A stretch of DNA of 64,000 nucleotides from Tepidisphaera sp. (GTDB lineage Bacteria > Planctomycetota > Phycisphaerae > Phycisphaerales > UBA1924), in contig CP051526.1 of assembly GCA_050916045.1 (NCBI GenBank), forward strand, positions 3,456,001-3,520,000, read 5' to 3'. Below the pieces are notes generated by a model. It made no database searches and was not told where the DNA came from. It was given only the letters and a program-made list of their open reading frames with translations. Shown in pieces: positions 29,414-38,287 of this stretch (the first letter of the stretch is position 1; the number at the start of each line of letters is the position of its first letter). A program made the translations under genes and the position numbers.

Positions 29414-31426
29414 TTATCGCGTCGTCATCGCGTCAAGTTCGCCCCACCGCACGGCGAGTTCGAGGTACGCCAGGTCTTTCGCATCGATCACGCCGCTTCG
29501 ATCGACATCCGTCGGCGTCTGGTTCTGCGCGTACATGTCCTCGGTGTCCACGCGGCCGTCACCGTTCACATCAAACGTCGGCCACGCCGTGGCAACCGGC
29601 GTCGAAAGCGCGTCAAGCTCCGCCACCGTCACGAACCGCTGCGTGCCGCCCGCCGTCCCGCTCACGCGGATCCCGGTCGCGACCACCGGCGCCGCAAGCA
29701 CCGCGTCAATCCGCTGGAACGGCTTCGACGCGTCAAGCGGCGTCACCGACGAAGTCGCGACCGTCGTCCACACGCCGCCGATGCGTGCTTCGAACGCGAC
29801 ATTCTCGAACCACCCGCCCTGCTGGCCGGACACGTCAAAGTGATCGCCTTCGATCATCCGGATCGTGTGCACCATCACCGCCCGGTCGTACGTCACGCTC
29901 AGCGTGATCTGATTCCCAGGCGGAGCGGTGCTGTTCTGCGACGACGTGAAGTTCGCAAGCCCATCCGCCGGCTCACGCCCCGCCGCATCGTGCTCCAACC
30001 CGTTCGCGAGGTTCGCCGGGCTCCCGATCGCCCCCTGCCCGCCCGGCGGGCTCCCGAAGAAACTCGTCGCCCCCGTCACCGTCCCGCCCGCTCGACGCGC
30101 CTGCACGTTGGCGCTCCGGGCATCATCGCTCCCCGCGTTGTTGGAGAGGTTGAACGCGAGCTGCTGCCCGCTCGGGCCCATCGCAATCGGCGGGGGCAAA
30201 AGCCACTTCCCGCGAGCCGAATCCACGCGCCCACCCGCGTTCACCACCTGCCGCTCGACCGCCGGAAGCATCCGCGCCGCCATCAGCGTGAACGTGTCCT
30301 GCGCCGCCGCATCCCCCGGCAGGTAATCCGGCATGCCATCCCGCGTCCGATTGATGTCGAACCGATCCGAGAAATTCGTGCCCGGAAACTGCGCGACCAT
30401 CCCCTCGTACCCCAGCATGAACCCGATCAGCCCGCCCAGCGTCGCCGTCGCGTTGTCGCTATCCCAGCCGAAAAGCGTGCAGATCCGCACCGTCTTGCGA
30501 TAGTCCCCCTCGCCGTAAAGCAGCCCCGCGCAAAGCCCCGCGAAGTTCACACTGCTCTCGTACCAGTTGCGATACCGGAACCCGTTCGCCGCCGCGTTGA
30601 GGTGGTACCGCTGGTACACCGCGTCGCGCGTGCTCTCCCAGTCGTTCTTGTCCGGATTCGTGAGATAGCTCGCCAGCACGAAGTCCGCGATGTCCGCCGT
30701 CTTCGACGAGTTTGGAACGAACCGCCGCGCCTCGTCGAACATCCACCGAAGCCGGTCGCCAAGCGGTCGATCCCGCGGCGCCGTCGCCGCAAGCGAGTAA
30801 AGCACCGCGTGAAACTGCGCCGCGTGCATCGCGTACCCGTGGCTCGTCGCCCGAATCGCCGGATCCCCAAGCACCAGCGCCCGCTCGGGCATCCCCGGGC
30901 ACATCAGCCCGAAAAGCTCCGTCGTCAGCTGTGCATCAATCGCCAGGCTGTCCGCGTTCGCCGTCTGCATCCCCGTCATCGGCGGCACCACTCCGCGCCC
31001 CATCAGCGTCCGCGCCCGCGCGTTGCTCACCCAGATGAATCGGTTGATGTGCGCCACCCACGACTGTCGGATCTGCTCCGGTTCGAGCGCAAGCGGCGCC
31101 ACCGCCGGCATTCCCACCGCCCGCATCTCGTGCAGATACACATACTCCACGTCCGTGTCGTCATCCGCAAGCCACGGATTCTGCGTCAGCACGAAATCGA
31201 TCAGGATCCCGTCCCGAACCTGCCCCCAGTCCGCATCCGTGAAAAACGGAGGATTGATCCGCCGCCCCTCCGTCCGCAAACCCGTCCAGTTCGCGATGCA
31301 CTGCCCCAGCCACATCGCTCGAAGCCGCCCCGCATACTCCGCCCGGTCCACCAATCGGTCACCTTGCCCCAGCGCCGTCGCCGCCATGCATGCGATGACC
31401 AACAAGACCGGAAGCGAGCGTTTCAT
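29414..31426 (-). CDS. Secreted ADP-ribosylglycohydrolase-family protein with C-terminal dockerin/EF-hand-like repeat
   Basis: Signal peptide; LRAMWLGQCIANW, ADDDTD and GWDSDNATAT; C-terminal DVNGDGRVDTED and DVDRSGVIDAKD. Confidence 0.75.
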   Translation of the reverse strand: MKRSLPVLLVIACMAATALGQGDRLVDRAEYAGRLRAMWLGQCIANWTGLRTEGRRINPPFFTDADWGQVRDGILIDFVLTQNPWLADDDTDVEYVYLHEMRAVGMPAVAPLALEPEQIRQSWVAHINRFIWVSNARARTLMGRGVVPPMTGMQTANADSLAIDAQLTTELFGLMCPGMPERALVLGDPAIRATSHGYAMHAAQFHAVLYSLAATAPRDRPLGDRLRWMFDEARRFVPNSSKTADIADFVLASYLTNPDKNDWESTRDAVYQRYHLNAAANGFRYRNWYESSVNFAGLCAGLLYGEGDYRKTVRICTLFGWDSDNATATLGGLIGFMLGYEGMVAQFPGTNFSDRFDINRTRDGMPDYLPGDAAAQDTFTLMAARMLPAVERQVVNAGGRVDSARGKWLLPPPIAMGPSGQQLAFNLSNNAGSDDARSANVQARRAGGTVTGATSFFGSPPGGQGAIGSPANLANGLEHDAAGREPADGLANFTSSQNSTAPPGNQITLSVTYDRAVMVHTIRMIEGDHFDVSGQQGGWFENVAFEARIGGVWTTVATSSVTPLDASKPFQRIDAVLAAPVVATGIRVSGTAGGTQRFVTVAELDALSTPVATAWPTFDVNGDGRVDTEDMYAQNQTPTDVDRSGVIDAKDLAYLELAVRWGELDAMTTR

Positions 31427-31491
31427 ACCCCAGTATCGCACGCTTCCACCTCCGCGCCAAGAAGAATGCCCCCCCGACGATCAATTCCCCG

Positions 31492-31851
31492 CTAAACCCG
31501 AGCCCCCGTCGAGAGCTTCATCAGAATCTCCGGCATGTCCCGATCGAACATCCCCCGCGTCATCACCCCGTCCGCTCCCGCATCCCGTGCCGCCTGAAGC
31601 AGCCCGCGCTCCACATGCGGCCCGAACGCAAGCACCCGGATCGGCTTCTGCTCCTGCCGCGCCCGCCCGATCATCGCCATGGATTCCTCGGGTTTGTCCA
31701 GGTCCACCACCAAAGCCACAACCTCGCAGTCCGCAAGCCGGGCTTCCAGCATCTCCACCGAACGCACCGGCCGGCAAGGCAGCCCCAGAGCATCCGCATG
31801 CCCCTTGATCTTGCTCGCCCACATCAAATCCGCCGCCAGGTACAGGATCAT
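31492..31851 (-). CDS. Stand-alone atypical receiver-domain protein
   Basis: LVVDLD, VLAFGPHV and AARDAGADGV. Lacks the canonical N-terminal acidic pair. Confidence 0.65.
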   Translation of the reverse strand: MILYLAADLMWASKIKGHADALGLPCRPVRSVEMLEARLADCEVVALVVDLDKPEESMAMIGRARQEQKPIRVLAFGPHVERGLLQAARDAGADGVMTRGMFDRDMPEILMKLSTGARV

Positions 31852-32063
31852 GGCGGCAGCGTACGGACCCTCCCACCGGCATCGACGGGCCCCTCAACGC
31901 CTACTCGACCAAAATCCGTACCAGACCACCCCGATTGTTCCTGAAAGCGTTCCACCAGCAGGCCCAAACTTGCCTTCTCGGGCCGGTTCGCGGCTATCAT
32001 GCGGGTTCCAACGGCCCCGCACGCGCGGGGTCATCCGCGTACCTGTCAGAGGGATTCACCGAG

Positions 32064-33401
32064 ATGAGCACCGCCGTCAAGCCGCCGAAAAACGTCCTCA
32101 AAGCGGACTACAACAGCCCCATCTTCGAGGAACTCGGGTTCCCCACGGACACCAATAACCTCTACCGCCAGACCGTCGGCACCATGCTCCACGCCGCCGA
32201 GCTCATGGGCATGCCCCACCGCATCCAGATCATCCTCGCCCAGCCCAAAAACGAGATCATGGTCCACTTCCCCGTCCTCATGGACGACGGGTCGTACAAG
32301 CTCTTCAAGGGCTACCGCGTTCAGCACAACAACGCTTCCGGCCCCTACAAGGGCGGCATCCGCTACCACTCCGACGTCCATCTCGACGACGTCAAGTCCC
32401 TCGCATTCCTCATGACGATGAAGTGCTCCCTCTCCCGCCTCCCCTACGGCGGCGGCAAGGGCGGCGTGAAGTGCGACCCCCGCAAGCTCTCCCAGGGTGA
32501 GCTCCAGCGCGTCACCCGCCGCTTCACCGCGGCCATCGCCCACGACATCGGCCCGGATTACGACATCCCCGCGCCCGACGTCAACACCAACGCCCAGATC
32601 ATGGCGTGGATGGCAGACACCTACTCCACCATCACCGAAGGCTCCGGCAAGGACGGCATGGCCGTCGTCACCGGCAAGCCCGTCGAGATCGGCGGCTCCC
32701 TCGGCCGCGAGAAAGCCACCGGCCAGGGCGTCATCGACGTCCTCCTCGAACTCCTCCCCGAGATGGGCATCACCGCCAAGGGCTGCACCTTCAGCGTCCT
32801 GGGTTTCGGAAACGTCGGCTCCTGGTCTGGCAAGATCTTCCAAAGCCACGGCGCCAAGATGATCACCGTCGCCGACCACACCGGCGCCATCCGCAACGAC
32901 AAGGGCATCGACGCCAACGAGCTCTCCGAGCACGTCGCCAAGACCGGCGGCGTCGCGGGCTTCAAGAACGCGACCGCCATCAGCAACGAAGAGTTCTACA
33001 AGACCGCCGTGGATGTCTTCATCCCCTGCGCCCTCGAGCAGATGATCAAGGAGAAGGAAGCCCAGTGGCTCAACTGCAAGGTCGTCGCCGAGGGCGCCAA
33101 CGCCCCTACGACCCCCGCAGGCGAGCGCGTCCTCCTCACCAAGGGCATCGAGGTCCTCCCCGCCATCCTCTGCAACTCCGGCGGCGTCACCGTCAGCTAC
33201 TTCGAGTGGGTCCAGAACAAGACCTCCTCCTACTGGGACATCGAAGAGGTTGACAAGAAGCTCAACCAGCACATGGTCGCCGCCGCCCGCCGCACCAAGG
33301 TCGCCCGCCACCGCTACGAGTGCGACATGCGGACCGCCGCCTACATCGCCGCCCTCGACGCCCTCAACAAGGTCTACCAGAGCCGCGGCATCTGGCCGTA
33401 A
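32064..33401 (+). CDS. gdhA: Glu/Leu/Phe/Val (glutamate) dehydrogenase
   Basis: GYRVQHN, GPYKGGIRY, YGGGKGG, DIPAPDV, GFGNVG, EGANAP and GGVTVSYFEWVQN. Confidence 0.92.
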   Translation: MSTAVKPPKNVLKADYNSPIFEELGFPTDTNNLYRQTVGTMLHAAELMGMPHRIQIILAQPKNEIMVHFPVLMDDGSYKLFKGYRVQHNNASGPYKGGIRYHSDVHLDDVKSLAFLMTMKCSLSRLPYGGGKGGVKCDPRKLSQGELQRVTRRFTAAIAHDIGPDYDIPAPDVNTNAQIMAWMADTYSTITEGSGKDGMAVVTGKPVEIGGSLGREKATGQGVIDVLLELLPEMGITAKGCTFSVLGFGNVGSWSGKIFQSHGAKMITVADHTGAIRNDKGIDANELSEHVAKTGGVAGFKNATAISNEEFYKTAVDVFIPCALEQMIKEKEAQWLNCKVVAEGANAPTTPAGERVLLTKGIEVLPAILCNSGGVTVSYFEWVQNKTSSYWDIEEVDKKLNQHMVAAARRTKVARHRYECDMRTAAYIAALDALNKVYQSRGIWP

Positions 33402-33427
33402 GCCCAGACCCTTCAGCATCAGATCGC

Positions 33428-33458
33428 AAAACCCCCGGCGCGAGTGCCGGGGGTTTTT
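33428..33458 (+). terminator. Intrinsic (potentially bidirectional) terminator
   Basis: AAAACCCCCGGC-gcgagt-GCCGGGGGTTTTT. Confidence 0.9.
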
Positions 33459-33627
33459 CGTTCGTGCGCCAGAGCGAACAGTGTTGACATACCGAGTTCA
33501 GGCAGTTCTTGTGCATCGTGAACATCGAGCAAATTTCCGCTATCGAATGAGAAGGCCCTTCGCACTAAATTCTCTTTTAGTGCTCGATGTTCGTGCCGTG
33601 ACTGGGCCAAGACAAAAGGAGTGACAT

Positions 33628-36537
33628 ATGTCAAATCAAGGGCGATCGATTCTTTGCATAGGGTGCATCGCGACGACGTTGACCGGGTCAGCGCTCGGGC
33701 AAGGGTGCGTCGAACTCCGCGATCTCTATCCGCTGAGCCGGGACGGGCACGCGATGGCGCCGGATCGAAACGGACATCTTGTGATGGTCGGCGGAGATCA
33801 CTGGCGCGACCCGGAACGGGTCTTGAGCGATACCTGGACCTTCGACGGGACGACATGGCGCGAGCATCGCGGCCCCGGCCCGTCGGCGCAGTCCGGGCAC
33901 TTCATGGCGTATGACTCACACCGTGCCATGACAATCCTGCTCGGGACGTTCACGCAAGGAGGAGACGGACGCGAGGTGGGGGAGTGGGACGGATCCGGCT
34001 GGTCGGCACGGACGGTGTACATCGAGGGCATCCACACGCATGGGATGGTCTACGACCCCGTTGATCGACAGTGCGTCGTCGCATGCGCCGGGGGCCAGAC
34101 CACCGTGTGGGATCCGTCGGCGATCGTCGGGGGCACGTCCAGCTACTACTCGCCCGTGACCTCTTCGCTCAAGTTCGCGCGCATGGCGTACGACGCGTCG
34201 CGGAACGCGATCGTCCTCGTCGGCGTCGACTACGAGGAAGAATCGCTCGGCGTCCAGACGTTCACCTGGGACCGCGCCGCTCATCGCTGGGTCCGATTCG
34301 TCGGGCCGACCATCGAGTACCGCACTGAATACTCGCTCGCGTACGACCCTGTGCGGCGGAGCGTGGCGTTGCTCTCCGGGATCGACGGCTATCCTGAGAT
34401 GAACGGCCGCGGAGACGTGTGGGATTTCAACGGCGTCTCATGGACGCGCCGTCTCACGGGCGGGCCGAGTCGCTTTCGCGCCGCCGCCGCGACCGCCGCC
34501 GATGGGAGCATCGTGCAGTTCGGCGGATTGGATCCGGATCAGAGCATTGCTCTGATCGGATCAACGACACTCACGCTTCGCGGCACAACGTACACCATGC
34601 CAACCACGAATCTCTCCGAGCGGCGAGAGGATTTCTCGGTCGTCTTCGACACATGGCGCTCGATACCGATCGCCATCCGAGGCACCAACTTCGGCGGGTT
34701 CGGCACAACGGACCTGAGCGAGACCTGGGGGTGGAACGGCTCGACATGGACCGTGCTGACCGACGGGTTGCCTCCGATGCGGGGAGCTTCCGGAGCGGTG
34801 TTCGATTCCACGCGGGGCGTCACCGTCATGTTCGGAGGGCTCCTTGACAACTGGCCGTCCTCGGGCGAGACCTGGGAACTCGGCAATGTCGCGGGATCGT
34901 GGGCCTGGAATCGACGCGCGATGTCGGGGCCCTCGGCGCGAGCGTTCCCGTGCATGGCGTTTGACTCCCGTCGAAATGTGACGGTCCTGTTCGGCGGCGC
35001 GACCTCTCCCTATTCCGATCCGCTGCTGCAGGACACCTGGGAGTGGGACGGGAGCACCTGGACGCTCCGCGCGATCACAGGGCCTCGGCCTGCCAAAGGA
35101 CGGCTGATGACCTACGACACGAACCGGGGCGTGTGTGTTCTGGTCCGCGGCGGTAACGATCGTGACCCCCTCGACGATATCGATCCCGAGGTTTGGGAGT
35201 GGGACGGGAACGCCTGGACAATGAGGACGCCCACTTCGAGCGACCCTGGAAGGTACAGCAGGCCGCTGGTCGTCACCTACGACGCGGCACGCCGAGTGAC
35301 GGAGGTCGCCTGGTCTACGCCATACGGGCGTGGCCTGTCCCGGGAGCTTTGGGAGTGGGACGGGAACGCCTGGACCATGCGATCCGATCTGCTCGCTCGC
35401 CATCAGCAGAACGGGAACGCCTACTTCAACCCCACGACCGGCAGCGTGTTGTACATGGACGCGTGGGGCTTCGAAAATCACACCTACACGGGCTCGCCGT
35501 ACGAGTTGCGAATCACCGGCGACTTGGGAATTGTGGAGATGCCCCCGCGCGAAACGTTCGTGGAGTTCGGGCAAACCGCCGAGTTTCGTGTGCGTGCGGT
35601 GGGCGAAGGGCCCTTCACCTATCAGTGGTTCGGCGCCCCGAACTGCGACCGGCTTGTCGACGGGGGTCGTATCTCGGGATCCCAGACCGATACGCTCACC
35701 ATTGCAGAGACAACGCCGGGCGACCAGGTGTGTTTGATTTTCTGCAAGGTAACGTCCGCGTCATGCGGAGAACTCCAAACCCATCGGGGTTTCCTCCGCG
35801 TCAACTGCCTGACAAGCATTGACGAGCAGCCCGAGGCAGTCGAGACCAACTTTGGTCAACCCGCGTCGTTCCATGTCGGCGCGAGCGGTAGCCCACCGAT
35901 CTCATACCGCTGGCTCCGTGACGGCGCACCTCTGGTCGACGATGGCGTCATTGCCGGTAGTGACACCGACACGCTGACCCTTTCCGCGACCCGCGTGGCG
36001 GATCGGGGCGTTTACACGGTCTCGGTCAGCGACCAATGCTCGACCGTGAGCAGTCGCCCCGCGCAACTTCGCGTCAACTGCCTCACAAGAATTGATGAGC
36101 ATCCCGACGCAGTCGAGACCCACCTGGGTCAACCCGCGTCGTTCCACGTCGACGCGAGCGGGAGCCCACCGATCTCATACCGCTGGCTCCGTGACGGCGC
36201 ACCTCTGGTCGACGATGGCGTCATTGCCGGAAGCGCCACCGACACGCTGACCCTTTCCGCGACTCGCGTGGCGGATCGGGGCGTTTACACGGTCTCGGTC
36301 AGCGACCAGTGCTCGACCGTGAGCAGTCTCCCCGCGCAACTGACCTTCTTGTGCACGGGACGGATCGCGGATTTCAACGGCGACGGGTTTGTCGACTTCT
36401 TCGACTACGACACATTTGTGGAGTGCTTCGAGCACGTCACCTGTCCGCCCGGAACGACCGCAGATTTCAACGCCGACGGCTTTGTCGATATGGCCGACTA
36501 CATCGCGTTCGTCGAATCCTACGAAATGGGGTGCTGA
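33628..36537 (+). CDS. Secreted beta-propeller (TWEWDG/Kelch-like) protein with three Ig-like domains and a GC-ending dockerin-like tag
   Basis: AAGGAG SD; repeated [TV]WEWDG and YD..R motifs; Ig-like YQWF/YRWLRDG; C-terminal ADFNGDGFVDFFDY...ADFNADGFVD...GC. Confidence 0.8.
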   Translation: MSNQGRSILCIGCIATTLTGSALGQGCVELRDLYPLSRDGHAMAPDRNGHLVMVGGDHWRDPERVLSDTWTFDGTTWREHRGPGPSAQSGHFMAYDSHRAMTILLGTFTQGGDGREVGEWDGSGWSARTVYIEGIHTHGMVYDPVDRQCVVACAGGQTTVWDPSAIVGGTSSYYSPVTSSLKFARMAYDASRNAIVLVGVDYEEESLGVQTFTWDRAAHRWVRFVGPTIEYRTEYSLAYDPVRRSVALLSGIDGYPEMNGRGDVWDFNGVSWTRRLTGGPSRFRAAAATAADGSIVQFGGLDPDQSIALIGSTTLTLRGTTYTMPTTNLSERREDFSVVFDTWRSIPIAIRGTNFGGFGTTDLSETWGWNGSTWTVLTDGLPPMRGASGAVFDSTRGVTVMFGGLLDNWPSSGETWELGNVAGSWAWNRRAMSGPSARAFPCMAFDSRRNVTVLFGGATSPYSDPLLQDTWEWDGSTWTLRAITGPRPAKGRLMTYDTNRGVCVLVRGGNDRDPLDDIDPEVWEWDGNAWTMRTPTSSDPGRYSRPLVVTYDAARRVTEVAWSTPYGRGLSRELWEWDGNAWTMRSDLLARHQQNGNAYFNPTTGSVLYMDAWGFENHTYTGSPYELRITGDLGIVEMPPRETFVEFGQTAEFRVRAVGEGPFTYQWFGAPNCDRLVDGGRISGSQTDTLTIAETTPGDQVCLIFCKVTSASCGELQTHRGFLRVNCLTSIDEQPEAVETNFGQPASFHVGASGSPPISYRWLRDGAPLVDDGVIAGSDTDTLTLSATRVADRGVYTVSVSDQCSTVSSRPAQLRVNCLTRIDEHPDAVETHLGQPASFHVDASGSPPISYRWLRDGAPLVDDGVIAGSATDTLTLSATRVADRGVYTVSVSDQCSTVSSLPAQLTFLCTGRIADFNGDGFVDFFDYDTFVECFEHVTCPPGTTADFNADGFVDMADYIAFVESYEMGC
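35797..36342 (+). repeat. Tandem 273-bp (91-aa Ig-like domain) duplication
   Basis: Copies start at 35797 and 36070 (CGCGTCAACTGCCT...) and are nearly identical over their 3' two thirds. Confidence 0.9.
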
Positions 36538-36625
36538 ACCGCCCGCCGTCCGCGTGCACCGTCCTCACAGCTCAGCCCCGCGCTCCCGGTCTCCGATCCA
36601 CGGAACCGGAGCGCGGAGCTTTGAC

Positions 36626-37414
36626 TCACGGATAATCCTGCCGCGTCCCCCGAAGCACCACATCGCCCCAGTGCACGTGCGCCGCTTTGCTCGTGATCGT
36701 CGTCACGACCTCCGCGATGTCCTTCGCGTCAAGCACCGGCCCGATCCGCTCGAACGTCGCTTTCAGCCACTCCTCCGAGTACCCCGCGACGCCCTGGAAC
36801 TCGCTCACCACGAATCCCGGCTCGATCAGGCTCACGCGGATCCCCTTGGGCCCAAGCTCGCGCCGCGCCGCTTCCGCAAGCGAGTTCACCGCGAACTTCG
36901 TCGCTCCGTACATGCTGCTGAACGGCGAGATGTGCCGCCCCACCGTCGACCCGAGCACCACGATGTCGCGAGCCTGCGTCGTCCACGCTTTCCCCGCCGC
37001 CGCGTCATCCGCGATCTCGCGAAGCATCCGCTCCGCCGCCGCCCGGATCAGCTTGGCCGCGCCCATCAGGTTCGTACGGACCATGTCCTCCCACTGCGAG
37101 GTGTCGCTCGTCACGACCGACCCGTTGAGGCCGCGCCCCGCGTTCACGACGACCAGATTCGCTTCCCGTCGCCCCGCGCCGAACCGCTCCTTCGCGATCT
37201 CAAACATCGACCCCACCACCGCATCGTCCGCGCAGTCCCCCACCGCCGAAGCGACATCCTCAGGCCCAAGCTCTTTGGCCAGCGACTCAAGCCGCTCCTT
37301 GCGGCGAGCGTTCAGCACCACCGTCGCCCCTTGCCCGACAAGCTCGCGAGCAATCGCTTCACCAATCCCCGCCGATGCCCCCGTCACCACCGCAATCCGC
37401 TGCTTGAGTTTCAT
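36626..37414 (-). CDS. SDR family oxidoreductase
   Basis: VTGASAGIG, VNAG and YGATKFAV. Start at ATG 37414. Confidence 0.9.
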   Translation of the reverse strand: MKLKQRIAVVTGASAGIGEAIARELVGQGATVVLNARRKERLESLAKELGPEDVASAVGDCADDAVVGSMFEIAKERFGAGRREANLVVVNAGRGLNGSVVTSDTSQWEDMVRTNLMGAAKLIRAAAERMLREIADDAAAGKAWTTQARDIVVLGSTVGRHISPFSSMYGATKFAVNSLAEAARRELGPKGIRVSLIEPGFVVSEFQGVAGYSEEWLKATFERIGPVLDAKDIAEVVTTITSKAAHVHWGDVVLRGTRQDYP

Positions 37415-37538
37415 AGCCCCAAGCGTAGACCGCCCCCTCCCGAGCCCGAGCGTCAGCGAGTGGATCCCCCGCCTTCGCCCTCGGGTGCCCGGAACCATCC
37501 GCTTCCGTGGTCCTCGCCGATTCCGCTACGATTCCCGC

Positions 37539-38225
37539 ATGCGGCGAGCCGTCATCTGCCTCCTCTCCGGCACGTTCTTGACAGCGGCGACCGCCACCCT
37601 CGCTGCGATCTGGGCTCCGCTCCCCAAGCAGCTCAGCCTCACGCTCAGCAGCGACCATGACCAGACCGTCTCGACACTCCAAGGCCGCACCCCGTTCACG
37701 ACTCGCCTGCTCCGAGCACTGGACAACCTCGGCTATTGGGATCTCACGGTCGAACGATGGAGCGGATGGGGATGCGAACTCACGGAGATGAGCTCGCACC
37801 CGCTTGCCGACGTCCTGATCAGCGGTTCTGGCCCCGCAAAAAGCGGCCCCACCGAGCTGCGCACCGGCTGGCCGTTCCTAAGCTTCTCCGCCGCGCCTGC
37901 CCTCTTTCTGGCTGATCAACAATCAAGCTGGCAGCAAGGCCTGCTCGTGACCAAACCCTGGGTCCGCAATCTTCCATCGAACTCGATGGCTCTCGCGCTC
38001 GGGTCACCCCCCACGACGATCGTGCCGCTTAAGCCCGAGATGCTCCCGCTCCTCGGCAACATCGCCTTCTGGGGAGGCGTGTCCTACCTCTTGATGTACT
38101 TCCCGTTGGACGCTCGCCGCATCCTCAGACGCCGTCGCGGCAAGTGCACGCAGTGCGGCTACCCCGTGCGCAACCTCACCCACTGCCCCGAGTGCGGCCC
38201 CGACCAGACTTCGACGGCGAAGTGA
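37539..38225 (+). CDS. Membrane protein with C-terminal Zn-ribbon (CxxCGY...CPECG)
   Basis: TM segments, RTGWPF and RRRRGKCTQCGYPVRNLTHCPECG. Confidence 0.7.
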   Translation: MRRAVICLLSGTFLTAATATLAAIWAPLPKQLSLTLSSDHDQTVSTLQGRTPFTTRLLRALDNLGYWDLTVERWSGWGCELTEMSSHPLADVLISGSGPAKSGPTELRTGWPFLSFSAAPALFLADQQSSWQQGLLVTKPWVRNLPSNSMALALGSPPTTIVPLKPEMLPLLGNIAFWGGVSYLLMYFPLDARRILRRRRGKCTQCGYPVRNLTHCPECGPDQTSTAK

Positions 38226-38287
38226 ACGCGCTCGCCCCGCTCGCTCTTGCTCGGGGCTCGGTGCTCGCTCCCCCGTATGATCGCGCC

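Noticed and set aside
35797..36342. Duplicated segment as a diversity-generating retroelement TR/VR pair
   Set aside because: Mismatches are not adenine-specific, both copies are in frame in one gene, and no reverse transcriptase is present.
36687..37538. N-terminal 284 aa of the 512-aa ORF
   Set aside because: Antisense to the SDR gene. The real gene probably starts at 37539.
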